NCBI GenBank assembly: GCA_028534125.1
Contig: CM052831.1
Span: forward strand, 1,240,001 to 1,304,000
Length of the DNA stretch: 64,000 nt
Direction of reading: 5' to 3'
Origin: Lama glama
Taxonomy: Eukaryota
Made by a program: the position numbers and the translations under genes. The notes beneath the pieces are model-generated. The model was given only the letters and a program-made list of their open reading frames with translations, did not search any database and was not told where the DNA came from. This document shows, piece by piece, positions 25,401-38,400 of this stretch (the stretch's first letter is position 1; each line of letters opens with the position of its first letter).

Positions 25401-26849
25401 AGGTGCAGGAGCGCCGTGCCGAGGCCTGGGGGTGGGCAGGGGCCTCTGGGCAGCGTCTCCTGTCTGGATGCTGTTCTGGACCCTTGATTATGTCACTGCG
25501 CTCTGCCAAGCAGACCCCGAGGCAGGGTTTCCCCTCCACTCCACTCCAACGAGGCGACAGGCCAGCGACCAGTTCCAGGGCACGTGCTGGTGGCGCTGGG
25601 GCCGGGCTTAACTCGGTCTGGTTTCCCAGGGCCTGGCTCGCTCTAGACCTCAGCCCACACCTGCTGCGGGAGGCTCCTGAGGAGCGGTTTATGTACACGT
25701 CAGTTTGTCAAAAACAGAGATTTCTGCCTCCATTCTCCTCTGGATTATATGAGTTTTGTGCTGCGTTAATTGGGTCTTTTATTTTCTTGCGTGGTGTGAT
25801 TAGGCTCCTGCTGCTTTGAAGTGGCCCCGGCTGCGCGGGAGGGAGGACTGCGTTAGCGCGGTGATCCTCTCTTGGCAGGAGAAGAAACAAGTTTTGCTGT
25901 TGAGAGAAGTTGACTTTCCCTCGTTCCGTATCTCTCCTGTTTCGATGATGCTCTCTTGTCTCGGGGCCTTCGAGAAGACAGAAAGGGTTCCTTTGTCTCT
26001 AACCTGCTTCCTGAGGATGTTTATTTGGTGGTGTGCACAGGTGCTCCGTACAGATAAACTGACTTTTTCCTGTTAAAATTAGTGCTTGGAATTGCCAGTG
26101 TCAACCTGCCTGGCCGGTGCCTCTGCCTTTTGCCTCAGGTTTCTGCGGGTCTCTTAAAGCTCCGGGGTCAGTGGCTCGGCAGCTGTCGGCTGACACTGGG
26201 CCGTGGGCTCCGCCCTCAGCGTGGACTGCAGGGTGGCACTCACTCTGACCGTGCTCGCTCCTAGGCGAGTTTCAGGGCCTCGCACCCAAAGCACCAGACC
26301 CTCGCACGCGCGTGTGTGTGGGTGTGAGTATGAGAGTGTGTATGTGTGACCCCAGTGTTCCCTGCTCTCTAAATGACCGTCCGTTCACAGGTGGGCCTCA
26401 GAACTTCTGCTCTAGAGAGAAAAGCCTTCACGGAATAAGGGCTTCATTTCTTGGGCACTTGCATCTGAAGCCCGAGGACGGCCAGCAGGGAGTCTGGGAA
26501 GGAAGCTGTGTGCACGGCTGGCATCGGCTGGGCCGGGCGCCGGCGATGCGTTGACCGCAAGCCGCAGTGTTGTAAAGCATCTGGGGGGCCTGCCCGGCCC
26601 TGTCGGCGGAACCCTCTGTGACAGGGAGACTGTCCTCTGGCAGCAGTCCAGGAGGGCAGCCACGGGCCATGGCCATGGGGGCCTTGCACTTGGCTGGTGT
26701 AACTGACGAACCAAAATTGTAATTTTGTTTACTCTGCTTCATTCAGATTTCAGTAGGCAGTTCTAGACCTGCTGTCCCAGTACCTTTTGGACTGTATTCC
26801 CCACCAGTGGACACCGTAGGCCGCCAGAGTCCACACCTGCAAGACCGCG

Positions 26850-27500
26850 TCCCCCCACCTTTGCAGTGAGTGGCACCTCCATTCTCCCATGACTAGGGGG
26901 CCGTTGACATGACCCTCAGCATGTCATGGAATTGTTACCAGCTCTGGCCCCTCCTGTGTGTCTGATGCCCGTCCGCAGCTGCTCCCTGGACAGGCCTCCG
27001 TTAGCTCAGTCCAGGACAAGCACGAGTTGCCTGCACCGCCCCTGATTCCACCCCCTCTTGAAACTACCCTGCCCTCCCTAGCCGAGAACTCTTTCTAACT
27101 GGCTAATATGATTGTCTTACTTCCCCCTGCCAAAAGCCTTCATTTGCTCTCTGTTAGCACAAAGGCCGGTCTCCCCACTAGGCTGACAGGGCCCTCCTCA
27201 GGACCCCAGGTCTCTGGACAGACAGACCAGGGTGTCTGTCGCCTCTCCATGCTACGTCTCTTCCCTGAGAAGCCTCCCTGCTGGCCCTCGCAGCCTGCGC
27301 TGGGTGAGGCCGGGACCACCCCTTTGTGGGCTCCAGGACCCCTTCCCCTGTCTGCTGTCACTGTCTGTTTACTGGGTGGAGTCTTCCCCTGGACTTGGTC
27401 CCTCTGAGGATGGGGCCCTGCTGCCATCCCGCCCCGGTCCCTTGGCAGGGCCTGGTGCAGCAGGCCACGTGGACGTGCAGTGGACGAATGAATGGATGGC
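26850..27500 (+). mobile_element. L2 fragments
   Basis: gtggcacctccattctccca, cttccccctgccaaaagccttcatttgctc, terminal gtggacgaatgaatggatgg. Confidence 0.55.
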
Positions 27501-28919
27501 CGGTCGTCTCCCACCGCCGGCCTGCGGCCGTTACCCAGCCTCCTGTGGGGCTTCGAGCCCTTGGTCACACAGGGCTCACAGGGGAGCGGGCCTGCCTAGA
27601 GGTTGGACAAGTTAACCTTTCAGTGGAAATTCAATCCTCATACTTCATTTTCAGGCCACTTTGCGTAGCAAAGTAGTTTAACTAGGAGCAGATTTCTGCT
27701 GTGCTAATGGTTAATTTTGTGGCCCACAGAGGGTCAGCACACGATGCTGGGGACACGGCGACCCCGGGCAGCCCCCCGCACACGGCGAGGCCCGCAGCCC
27801 TGTTGTTTTAGAGAAGCACTTTTCAAACATCCTTCAGCGGCGGATTGTAAGTGAACAGGATGACCTTTTCAAGAGCATTTTTAAGAGCTACAGCACAGAT
27901 CCCTCCCAGACCGTATATTTTCCTTTCTCCGTGCAGTTCAAAGGGGCTGAGTTGTCTCGTAGGTTTTTGCCGGCGGTCTTCAGCTTGACCCTGGTTGTTT
28001 AAATCTGCCGGAGGAAATTTGAACAAACTTGTACTTTGGTAATTCTTCTGCCTCCGTGAACCTTTAACCTTAAGGTTTCTTTCAGAGCCTGGGGCTGCAT
28101 TGTCACCAGTTGTCCCTGCTGGGGCGCTCAAAGGGCATTGTCTAGGCCGTCTGTTTTCACTTTGCTACTGGAGTTCTCTGGAGGAAGGGTATTAATTCAG
28201 ACCTGATCTGAGACAGGACGAGGACTTTTAAACTTGCCCCCGAGCCTAGGGACGGGGAAATGAGCCTAATGCAAGCCGGTGGCTGGCCATGGGGTCCTGC
28301 AAGTAGCCTGCGAAGGTGAAGGGAGAGGAGGCTCTCCAGGGGTGGGCTGGTGCCTTAGCTGTCCAGCCAGTGACCCAGCTCTACCAGGTCTTGTCCAACA
28401 GTGTGACCAAAAGCTGTTCCTGTCCCTGGAGGTCAGGCTTGGGCCCCAAGATCCTCCTGAGTGTAAGCTTCCTGGAGCACCAGGTTCTTAGGAGCCCGGG
28501 AGGCTCAGCGTGAACTCGGGGTTCTTGCACCCTCACGGAGCTCTCACGTGACAAGACGCCCCTGGGGAAAGAGAATGGGCTCCCTAGGTGGGAGGGCGGA
28601 GGCTGGAGGCTGTGCCTGCTGGTTTCGCCATTGAGTTTTCCGTTTGCTTCTCAAAGGGAGGAAGCCCAGAGACACCCACCTGAAAGTGTGGGGCATCTCG
28701 GGCATCATAGCACTGAGTCAGACTCCGCCAACCCCTCCCCTGACGGCTCCCCCTCTGTGCTGGAGCCTGCTCTTTGCAGCAGGCTGAGGCCTGTTTGAGC
28801 CCATGGCCTGGCTCCTTCACTTTCTTTCTTGTCTTATCCTAGGATTCTCGTGTCCTGAAGATCTGGCTAGGCGACCTTGCTCCTTCAGATCAGACATTGC
28901 AGAAGGAAAGGTGTGTCAA

Positions 28920-29330
28920 GGCATTCATTCGTGCATTCATTCGTTCACTCATTCTACAAACCCCGGAGGAGCGCGGTTTACGCCGAGGCTCCCATCTGCT
29001 GGGGGAGGCAGGTGTCCCCACAGGGAAGGGCAGTGTGTCGCCTGCGGAGTGTGTGTTCCGTGGAGGACGACGTGGGATGCCCGGAGAGGGACTGATGGAC
29101 GTGGGGTCGGCTTCAGTTTGGAGGTCAGGGAAGGCCTTCCTGAGGGACTTCAGTCTAAGCTGGAAGCTGAGGAAGAGCAGAGCCCGCAGGCGCTGGAGGT
29201 TGAGGGAAGCAGGTGTGCGGGTGTGGAGGCCGGAGACGGTCAGCTGGGGCTGGCGGCTGTGAATGGCACGGATGTGGTGTCTGTCTACGTCCAGCAACTG
29301 CGTGCTGGTCGTTCTGACAGGAGGACAGAG
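28920..29330 (-). mobile_element. L2 3' end with (CATT)n-type tail
   Basis: cattcattcgtgcattcattcgttcactcattc, followed by ggtcagggaaggccttcctgagg. Confidence 0.7.
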
Positions 29331-32300
29331 AGCGGGAAGGATCTGCCTTCTGCCTGGTCTCAGCCTGGCTGTCCTGTTGGCTTCCCAAACCCTGAGCCTG
29401 TCTGCTTCTGGGGCTGCATCCCCACTTGTTTCCTGTGCGGGGGAGGGGCTGGAGTGGAACTGGGACATGGCAGGTCGTCCCAGCCTTGAGTGACCTGGGC
29501 AGCTGTCACTGCCCTGTGGTCATGGTTGGCCATTTAACCCCAGCCTCTGATGGCCTGTGATGTACAGGCCAGGCAGAGCACGAGGACATGTGCCCAAGCT
29601 GCTCACCCGAGTTGCTGGATGGCACAGTGGGTAAGGGGAGAGCTGGTGGCCGGCCCCCCGCCCACCTTCCGACTCCAGGTCGCGGCCCAGGGAGACAGTC
29701 CCTGAATGTTCCCTCCACCCCTTCCTTCTGGGGTGCCCTCTGGGTTGCTGGTAGTGCCCTGGGGGCACAGTCTGCCTTTTCCCCCCAGAGGTGCGTTTGG
29801 CATGAGGTTTGGCCCATCCCAGATAGTGCTGGGAAGGGTGGGCGAGGGGTGCGACATCTGGAAGGTTCGTCGCTCAGCATGGAGCTGGGACTCACTTGTG
29901 GGAGACCAGGCCTTGCCCAGCCTGGCCCAGGCTGCACTCGACCTTAGCCTTGGCTCTTGTTGAGTTCTTAATAAAGGAACAGTGGTCTGCATCCTTTAAG
30001 GCTCTCCTGAGATGCCAGTTGGTCTTCCGGGCACAGAGCCTGTGCCCAGGTTGGAGGGAGAGCGTCTGCAGGCAGCCCTGGCAGGTCGGGGCTGGTCACA
30101 AGGTAGAGGAGCTATGACTGAGCCTTCTTCCATCTAAGAAACAGCGACATGGCTTCCTTCTGCCTTTCTTTTTCCCTCCCTCTAGAATCAAATGAAATTG
30201 TTTCCTGGCAAATGTTTCCTAGATAAAAAGAAGTACTATATACTCATTACTGAAGATTTATGAGTCGATTCTGAAAGTTTTAAAAAGTATATAAGATAGT
30301 TTGCCGTGCAGCCTGTAAAGTTTCTTTTCGAGGAATGAACATTTTCTAGGAAAAATGCAAGTCAGTTACTTCTGGTCTGATTTCTTCAGCCACATCTTTC
30401 CCTCTTCCTCTTACCTCACCGTGTCTCGGAAGGCGGTCTGGGGACATTCTAGCAAGCACTCGGGTGACAGATGTGTGTCATCTTTCTTGACACCCTCCCA
30501 ACCCCGGGGAGGCTGCTGAGTGGCTGCGAGCTGTCTGCAGGAGGCGGTGGGAACATCTCGGCGCCGACTCCGGACTGTTCGGTGCACAAGAGGGCAGTGT
30601 TTGCTTGCGGTCCTGGATGGAGATGCTCAGTGTGTAGGTTAACAGGTCAGCGCAGTTAGAATGACCTCGGGCTTTTCCAAGACAAAATAAACCTTAAGCC
30701 ACAGCCACGGTGGCTTCCCGCGTCCGCCTTTGAGCGCCTGACCCTCCAGAAAATAGCTGCTTGCTATCTTTTTTTCCTTAAAAAGAAAAATATTGTTTCT
30801 TTCAATGTTTATTTTTTATTTTTTTAATCAATGGAAATGTGGTTTGCAGCCGTGTACCTACAATGGCAGAGGGTAAAGAGTGTTGCAAAAGCAAAACAAC
30901 TGCCCTCTAATTAAAAACCACATGGAAAGCCTTCTGTCTGAAGCAGGGGTCAGATGTATCTGCTCCCCTCTCACATCAGTGTTGAGATTATCCGACTTAA
31001 CTTGTAAAGCATTTGAAGATGTGGGGCCGTCGTCAGCCCTCCACACTCAGTTTCTTTCTTCTGCAAGTTCATGATATTAACCAAAGCAAGGAGTTTCCAG
31101 GAGAAAAAAAAAAGGTGATCTCCCTACCTCCCCAAGGCAGTCTTCTGTCTGAAATAGGCCGTGTCTGCTTTCATATAAGGACCTGCCTTATTTTCAACTT
31201 TTTCACGGTGTTTTTCTGCAGAGGCTTTCAAGATAGAGAGAGACAGAGTGGTGTACAGCCCCCACCCCAAATCCCCCCAGACCAGAATCGGGATCTCACA
31301 TCCTTTTTGTCCCCAACATGGAACTACTGGTTCCAGGGGCCTCCAGGTTGTGAAGACCCCAGAGACCCTAATGTGGCCCCGAGGAAGTGGGGGTGGACTC
31401 AGGTGTGGCCTGTCCTGGGCTCTGGGTGTCCATTGTCAAGGTCACGTCCCCTCCCAGAGCCCACTGCACACCTGAAATGCAGGTGGTTACCTTGCTCAGG
31501 TGTGGTATCAGAGAAAATGCCTGAAAGCTTAGTAGTAGGCGCGTAGTAGGGAGTGGTCGTGAGCTTGGTTCCTTGGGCCCCGACCAATGATGAGCTCGCA
31601 GGGTGGGGGCTGCTGGACATGAGGCCAGAGCCGCAGACACAGATGGTTGTCTGTTTATCTGATTCACCAAGCATGTCTGCGCTTGCGCAGCGAGGCAGAA
31701 TGAAATCTGGGTGGGTGTCACACTGCCTCCCGGTTGCTGATAGCCATCGGGGAGAAGCGCTGGGTTCCCAGGCTCAGCCCTATATGAAATCAGATGTCTT
31801 GTTCTAATCTTTTCTAATTGCAGCATGAATCTTCTGCAGTGAGTGGCTACAACATGCAGCACACGCGGAGGGAAGCCTGAGCCTGCGTGGCACCCTCACG
31901 CTCCTTACTTGACCAGCGGCATTTAATGCAGAATCTGAATTTGATGGCACCGAGTGCAGAGAAGCACGGGTGGTCTCCTCGTGTGCTGCCTGTGAAGCCC
32001 TGTCCTGGCTTTTATTAGGAGGGTCTGGGTCAGAAGGGAAGCCTGAGCGAGGCTTTCAAAAGAGGTTCGTGCCACGTTTTTCCAGGAACATAATTTCTGA
32101 AAGATGCCGGAACCCTCAGTTTCCAAAGGAGCCTGGTCTGTCAGGGGAGTGAGAAGTTGTTTCTGCATGTGGGTTTGGAATTGTTTCCCATCTTCGCTCC
32201 CCGAGGCGGAGTTGGCAAGCGGAAACAGGGCACATGGTCCCTGGTGGTAATTTCCAGGCAGATTCTTGAATGCCTCGTGTACTCCGGGTCACCGTCAGCT

Positions 32301-34589
32301 CATAGTGGAGCAAAGCAGAGTGAGAATTCCTGCAGTGAAAGGCGTGAGCGGCACACCGGCGAGATACGACGGCGCAGATAGGGGCATTCTGTGAGAAAGC
32401 GCTTCCCGTGCTGTCTGTGACATTCAGATTGAATAACCATTCTGAAGTGCTCCTTTTTAAAGGAGTTCCTTCCACGAGCGTCGCAGGCTGAGTAAATACC
32501 AATAATTTTTATTTCCCGTCTCCTTATCGGTCCCCTGCTGAAATGTTCCTGCTCAGCCTGTCTGGTCTTTTCACATGAACATCAAATGATCAATGTCAGC
32601 TTCCAATTTGAATTATGATCCGCATTTCAAAACACAGGCTGCTCCCTCACTTTTGCATCGGGAGGTAATTACAGTATTTACCAATCCTGGGGGGGGGGCC
32701 GGAGGTGGAGGGCATGCTGCTGAAAGCGTGGCCCCCATCATAGAGGTGCAGGGAGGGGTGCCCGTGTGGGCAGAGGGCCAGCCCGGCAGGCTCCAGCCCT
32801 ACCCCTGCACCGTCTCTCAGGTAGGCGAGGGGGCCGCGTGGACCCGGGAACTCTGACGATGCTGGAAAAGCCATTCCTGACGCCTGTAGGACATGCGTGC
32901 TCTGGCCTCTGCCCTTGGAGCCCCCCCCTCATTTCCTGGGGTCTGCAGGGCGCCTGGTGGGCGTGCCCATGGCGGGGCCCAGGAAGGCCGGCTCCGAGCC
33001 CTGTGGGTCCGGGGCCCCCACCGCCTGGGAGGCAGGGGCGTGGGAGCAGTGTGCTGCGGTCCCCCGGGAGGAGCGGTTTATGCACCCCCACCTCTGCGCT
33101 GAATCCCGCACGTACTAGGAGGCTCTCTCTCGTGTCTTCGCAGACATTTAATTCAGCTTTAAGTGATTCCCGTTTTTGCAGTTGTATTTCTGTGTTTTGG
33201 AGCCAGTGAAACTTTTTAAGTTTGCATACCCTGTAAACTTCGGTGCTTTGCTTGTCTTTCCTGATTAATGGTGCCTCTGGGAAATCTAGAGGTGGTTTCT
33301 GACTCTGCCTCGCAGCCCGTCCTGCAGAGTGGGCAGGCTGCGGCACGGCGGGCCTGGGCTCTGCACGAGCAAGGAGTCCAGAGGGAGTTTCAGCCCTTCT
33401 GCCAGCTTACTGCTCAACTGGGACATTTTGCTTTTCTGAACCGTAGCGTCTTCACCTGTTTAAAAGAGGAATGACACCTTTTTATGGGGTTTGCCGTTAG
33501 GATCCACAGGGACAGCTGTGTGGGGTCAGCATCAGTCTGGGTGCGTGGGAGAGCCATGCGGGGGGCCCGTGCAGGGTGCCTGCGGAACCCCACCGAAGCT
33601 CTGCGCGGATGTCTCCCCTCTGAGGTCTTGGGGAGAGTCAAACGCCCCCTTCCCTCAGCATTGCAGGCAGCTGGACCCAGCACTGGAATTATGCAGGAGC
33701 TGTGTTTCAAAGAAGGAAATGAAATTCTTGAATTTTTTAAGGCAAAGAAGAGGAGGGGAAAAAATAGATTCATTGTTTTACTTGGCTATTCAGCAGGGAG
33801 CAGGACAAAGCTGGCCTCTCTCCTGTCTTAATGTCATCATCGCGGTCTTTCTGTTTCTTTCTCTTTTTCTTTCTCCCTCCTCCTCCCCCTTCCCCCCCCC
33901 CCACTCGTGCTGCAACAAAACCCCCCTTTTCTCGAAGTTCTCAGGTTCTTAGCCTGGGATTAAATCTCCTGCCCTGGAGATGCTCCAACGCTAGGAATTA
34001 CTTCCTCTTTTGCGGCCTTTGGCCTCCTCTTCAGCTTTTCCTGTTGCATGCAAAGGGAGGGGCCAGGTGGCGGTCCCGTGGCTCGTTTTGGGTCTTGTGA
34101 GGAGGCTGTGAAGAGGGGCTGTGGGAGTCCTTCCGGGGTGCGGCCGGGGCCCTGGCAGCTGTGCGGGAGAGTCAGGATTGGAGGAAGATGGGTGCGGGGG
34201 AAGGCTTTGGACTGAGGACTGACCGCTGGGTCGGGCTGGCCTGGGGCCTCAGGCCAGGTGGAGGCCAGTGGGCGGGGGTGGGGCGCTTCTCGGGGCGGCT
34301 GGTAGAACCCAGTGCCACCTCACTGTTTAGTACGGGCCCTGCCAGCCCAGCACAGGCAGGCTTGGCAAAGCCCAAACGGAGAAGACGAGGGCCCTGCGCT
34401 GGGGAAGCTCGGTGCTGGGCAGAGCTCGCCCGGCTTCTCCTCCAGGCCCGGGAAGCGGCTGGGCCCCGTCACCCCCACGTGCTGCGTGGGTTTCCCCAGG
34501 GCCTGGGTCTGCTCGTGTCCTTCTTTCCTCAGCGGTGCTTGTGACACCGTGGCTGTGCTTACCTGTAGGGAGTGGTGGAAACCCTAGCT

Positions 34590-34720
34590 TGGGATGATGC
34601 AGTGCTCTGAGCCTCAGTTCTCTCACCTTTGAAATGGGGAGAACCACCTTGTGGGGCTTTCGTGGGACTCCAGGGAGATAAGTGTTGTGTGGTACCCATC
34701 TCGGCGCCAGCAACTACAAA
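34590..34720 (+). mobile_element. MIR fragment
   Basis: ctctgagcctcagttctctcacctttgaaatggggaga. Confidence 0.7.
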
Positions 34721-35284
34721 GTGCCCAATTCTTGGTGTCAGCTGTTGTGGTTGAAAGTCAGTATGATTTGATTTTTTAATCTTTCAAAGACTATTCACAT
34801 AAAAATATGTTGTTTGCCAGAAGTCTCGCTCATGTTTGGTGGGGAAGGCAGGCCAGAGGGATGGCGAGTGATACCATGAGTGTATGATTCTCATTTCTGC
34901 TTTTAAACTGGTGATGATGTTGTCGGGGAGAAGCTAAACGAACACACTCAGGAGTGTAAGTGCTTAGTTCTGTGGATCCAGCTGTAAAACTGCGGTTCGG
35001 GTGGAGTTGAGGATGGAGACCCAGGATGGGAGAGTCCGGGCGGAAGCCGGAGGAGAGACGTGGACGGTGTGTTTTATCTACCAGGAGAGGTCAGGCTGCA
35101 AGAGGCCTTGGCTTGTTTTATGTTTGGAAACCGAGAGGTGCCCATGACTGCTGAATGCAGGCATACCCAAAATATGTGATAAAGGAATGCAGCTTTTCTT
35201 GAAGTGATTTATGCATATTACAGAAAAGCCACACCCACAGAACAGCACAAAACAGCATAAATGCAAACATGGAATAACTTAAAA

Positions 35285-35480
35285 ACCTTGACGTTCAGAG
35301 TCTGAGAAACCGAATTTGAGTCTGGCTTCAGTGTCTGCCAGCTGTACCGTCTTGGGCAGGTTCCTTAACTTCTCGGGGCCTCGACTTCCTGTTCTGCAGA
35401 ATAGGAGAGAGTCATCTTAAGGTTTAGAAGAAGTGTATCTGGTGCGTGATAAGCTTTCAAATACAAGCTGGCGTCACTGC
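35285..35480 (+). mobile_element. MIR SINE
   Basis: tttgagtctggcttca...cttgggcaggttccttaacttctcggggcctcgacttcct. Confidence 0.7.
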
Positions 35481-38400
35481 TGTCACGGTCACCGTCTCCC
35501 AGATGACAAGCCCCCAGTGCATCGACGCGGGCTTCCATGAGACGTTCCGATTCCCTCTGTCGTGTGGACAAGCGTCCTGGGCCGTGATGCAGCGCCCTGG
35601 GGGGCGTATGGGCGAGTTGAAAAGCTCTTTTTTGTTAACTCTGATTTTAAAACCAGGACAGAAAGAGGCCCTTCAGAGCTGAATGTGTCTGAAGGCTGAG
35701 CTACCCCTGTGTGCACACCTGGGGAAAAAGTCAAAGTTGAGTTTTTCTGAAGATTGGAAAGGAGGGTGCCCATCTTTCAGGTGGGGAAATAATTTTCCCC
35801 CTTGAATGTACTATTTATTCTGGGGACATGCACATTTCCAGATATATTGAATATAATATGTAATAATGATATAGTTCAGAGTTTCTAAACTAACATAAGA
35901 CATTAGCCTTTGCAGGGGTTTTAAAAGAGTCTTGCAGGTTTTTAGTTCCCCCCAAATTTGCATGACTGAAATTTCTGGAAGCTTCACATCTGTAGCTGAG
36001 CCAGAAAACACCTCTGTTTGGAGATGGTAAAGAATTCTGTATCCAGCCAGACCTTACATCGAACTGGGAAGAACCTCCTGTGTTCTTTCGCTTTGCTGTA
36101 GCACAATGAAGGGGAAGTTGGCTGTGCGTTTGCTACGATATAGAGATGCTCGTTTTTGTCAAATACGTCGTGGAGAAGCAGGCTCAAGCTTGTCTTTACA
36201 AACAGGAAACTTGACTTGCGAAGAGATGAGTGAAGAGTCACCGGCAGGCGATGACGTGCGGCACGTTTAGAGCTTGACTGGCGGCGTCACACCACGAAGA
36301 CGGGCAGACGTTCCTTCTGTAAATCGTGGGCCCTCCGGGTCTCCAAAGATGTTCTGCGGACGCAGTCACACCGCACTTCAAGGTGGATTTCAGCCTGCTG
36401 GGGGGCGGGGGGAGCTCACGGCAAACAGGATGCTGTAGTCTCCACACGCACCCCAGCGAAAGCAGCGTCGGGGTCGCGAGCCGCACAGTGAATGTGTGTG
36501 CGCTGAGCTTCAGCAAAGGTTTTATTGTCGTGGAGCCAGGTGTTCTTAACTGTCTTAAAGGAGAGTCTCTTTTAGGCAAATTTGAAATACGGAAGCCATC
36601 TTATTTTCCTATAAGCCAAACATTTAAATACCTTTTTTCCCATGAATTTTTTCAGCATCTGAAGTGAAACGAAGTAGTTTTGATAAGTAACTTATATTTT
36701 GGGGGCCAAGGAGAAGCACGAAAAATTCAGCTTCTGAGGGTCATTCTTTCTGGGAAATTAGAGCATACAAGTTGTCAGGTGAATATTTTCTGAGCCATAA
36801 TCAAATTTTACTTGTTCAGACTCAAACTTAGTTTAAAGTGATGTTTCTAAATGAAACTTTCTAAAGGGGGGGGTGCATTTTGGGGTTGGCAAATTGGTAG
36901 AAGCAGCCCGTAAAATCTAAGGACAAAGTGCCACTTTTTTTTCATCAAGCTCACTTACCGTGTGGCAGTTGAGTTCACACGGGGTCTCCCCGGCGGAACG
37001 TGTGCGCCTCCAGGAGCCCAGCACCCTGTCCCTTTCCTACAGCGCTGTCGGAGCCTTTTAGCTTTGCCACAGACCAAAAGCTGCTCCTCCATCCCGCCGC
37101 CTTCTTCTGTGAAATCTCCAAATCCCCATTATTACTGTCATCGTGGTTTTATTGTAAAACATATTGTTACTGTTACTGAACAGCCTTTGGATTTCACAGC
37201 GTGGAAAAGTGCAGTCGAGTTCCGATGGGGGTGGTTAGTGTGTGTGAAGCTACGCAGGAGTTTACATGCGTTTTAGGGCATTTTCACTGATGTCGGCAGT
37301 AAGACTTTTGTTTTTACAGGCTGGAAAGGTGGCTGTGAATTCTAACACTTGGGAATGACAGCTTCTAGTAAAATGAAAATTAGCCTGCGATGCTGTTTTA
37401 ATCTCTTGAATGAATGGACCTATTTCTGATTTCGGTTTGACTGAGACGGTCCCTCCGTTTCCCCGGGTGCTTCCCAAAGTGGACAAAACATGTTCTGTGC
37501 GCGAGAAACGTGAGATGCGAGCTGTGCGGGGAAGGAAGGGGGAGAGGAAGCTGTTTGCAAAACTACTTAAAATAAATTTGAGGGTCAACATGGAACACAG
37601 TTGCAAAAGAGAAAGGAAAAACTGCCTTAGATCAGTTCAGCTAAAGTAGGTAGGCATTCACGTTGGCGGGAGGGCTGAGTAGTTCTCGCTGATCAGATAG
37701 GATCGGTGCAGATAATACTCGAGTATCTGAGGCTAAATCTCGTTGCCTCTGTCTCAGGGAAATTAACCCTAAGGGGCACGTTTTAAAGGGTGGGTTTGGG
37801 TGAGCAGATAGCGCTTGGAAGAGAGATGCAACCTGTCTGCCTCCTTGTCCGAATTGCTCAGACTCAGTCTCTAGCCTGTAGCCTCTGTCAGGGTGCAGCC
37901 CGGCTGGCGTGAGCACTTCATTTACAAGCGATCGGTACTTTTAAATTAAACATGCAAAGTTATCTTGGTGAGGCATTGAATGGGAGTTTGCTGGGTTATT
38001 GAATTTGGCCCACAATTTAGCCAGTTCAGCAGGGGTTTGGGGGTCTGAAGCAATTAATATGCAAGTACATTTGAGTCAGCAAGGTGGGAGATTACTGTCT
38101 TATCAGGGCAAAAAAAATTTCTTTCCTCAAGATCCATACATTTTAGGAGGCAGATAAAACCTATTGTTTGAGGTTCATGCCTGAGAGTGGCCACCTCAAG
38201 TCGCCAGAATTTAACCACTAACACACATGAGATGGAGAAATCGCATTTAAAAAAAGACTTGGATCTCTCATCTGCATTATGCTCATATTAGCATGGAGGA
38301 AACCCAGATTCTGGCTCTTTTTGTTTGTTTGTTTGTTGCTCATATAGGTTGGGAGAAAACTTAATTTTCTTTGTTGAAAAAAACATTTTGTTGCACTGAT

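Noticed and set aside
28803-29489. 228-aa ORF, and other 150-215-aa intronic ORFs (32738, 41088, 54053, 58130, 60396)
   Set aside because: They lie in decayed L2/L1 or GC-rich intron, show no protein family motifs and are of the length expected by chance at this GC content.
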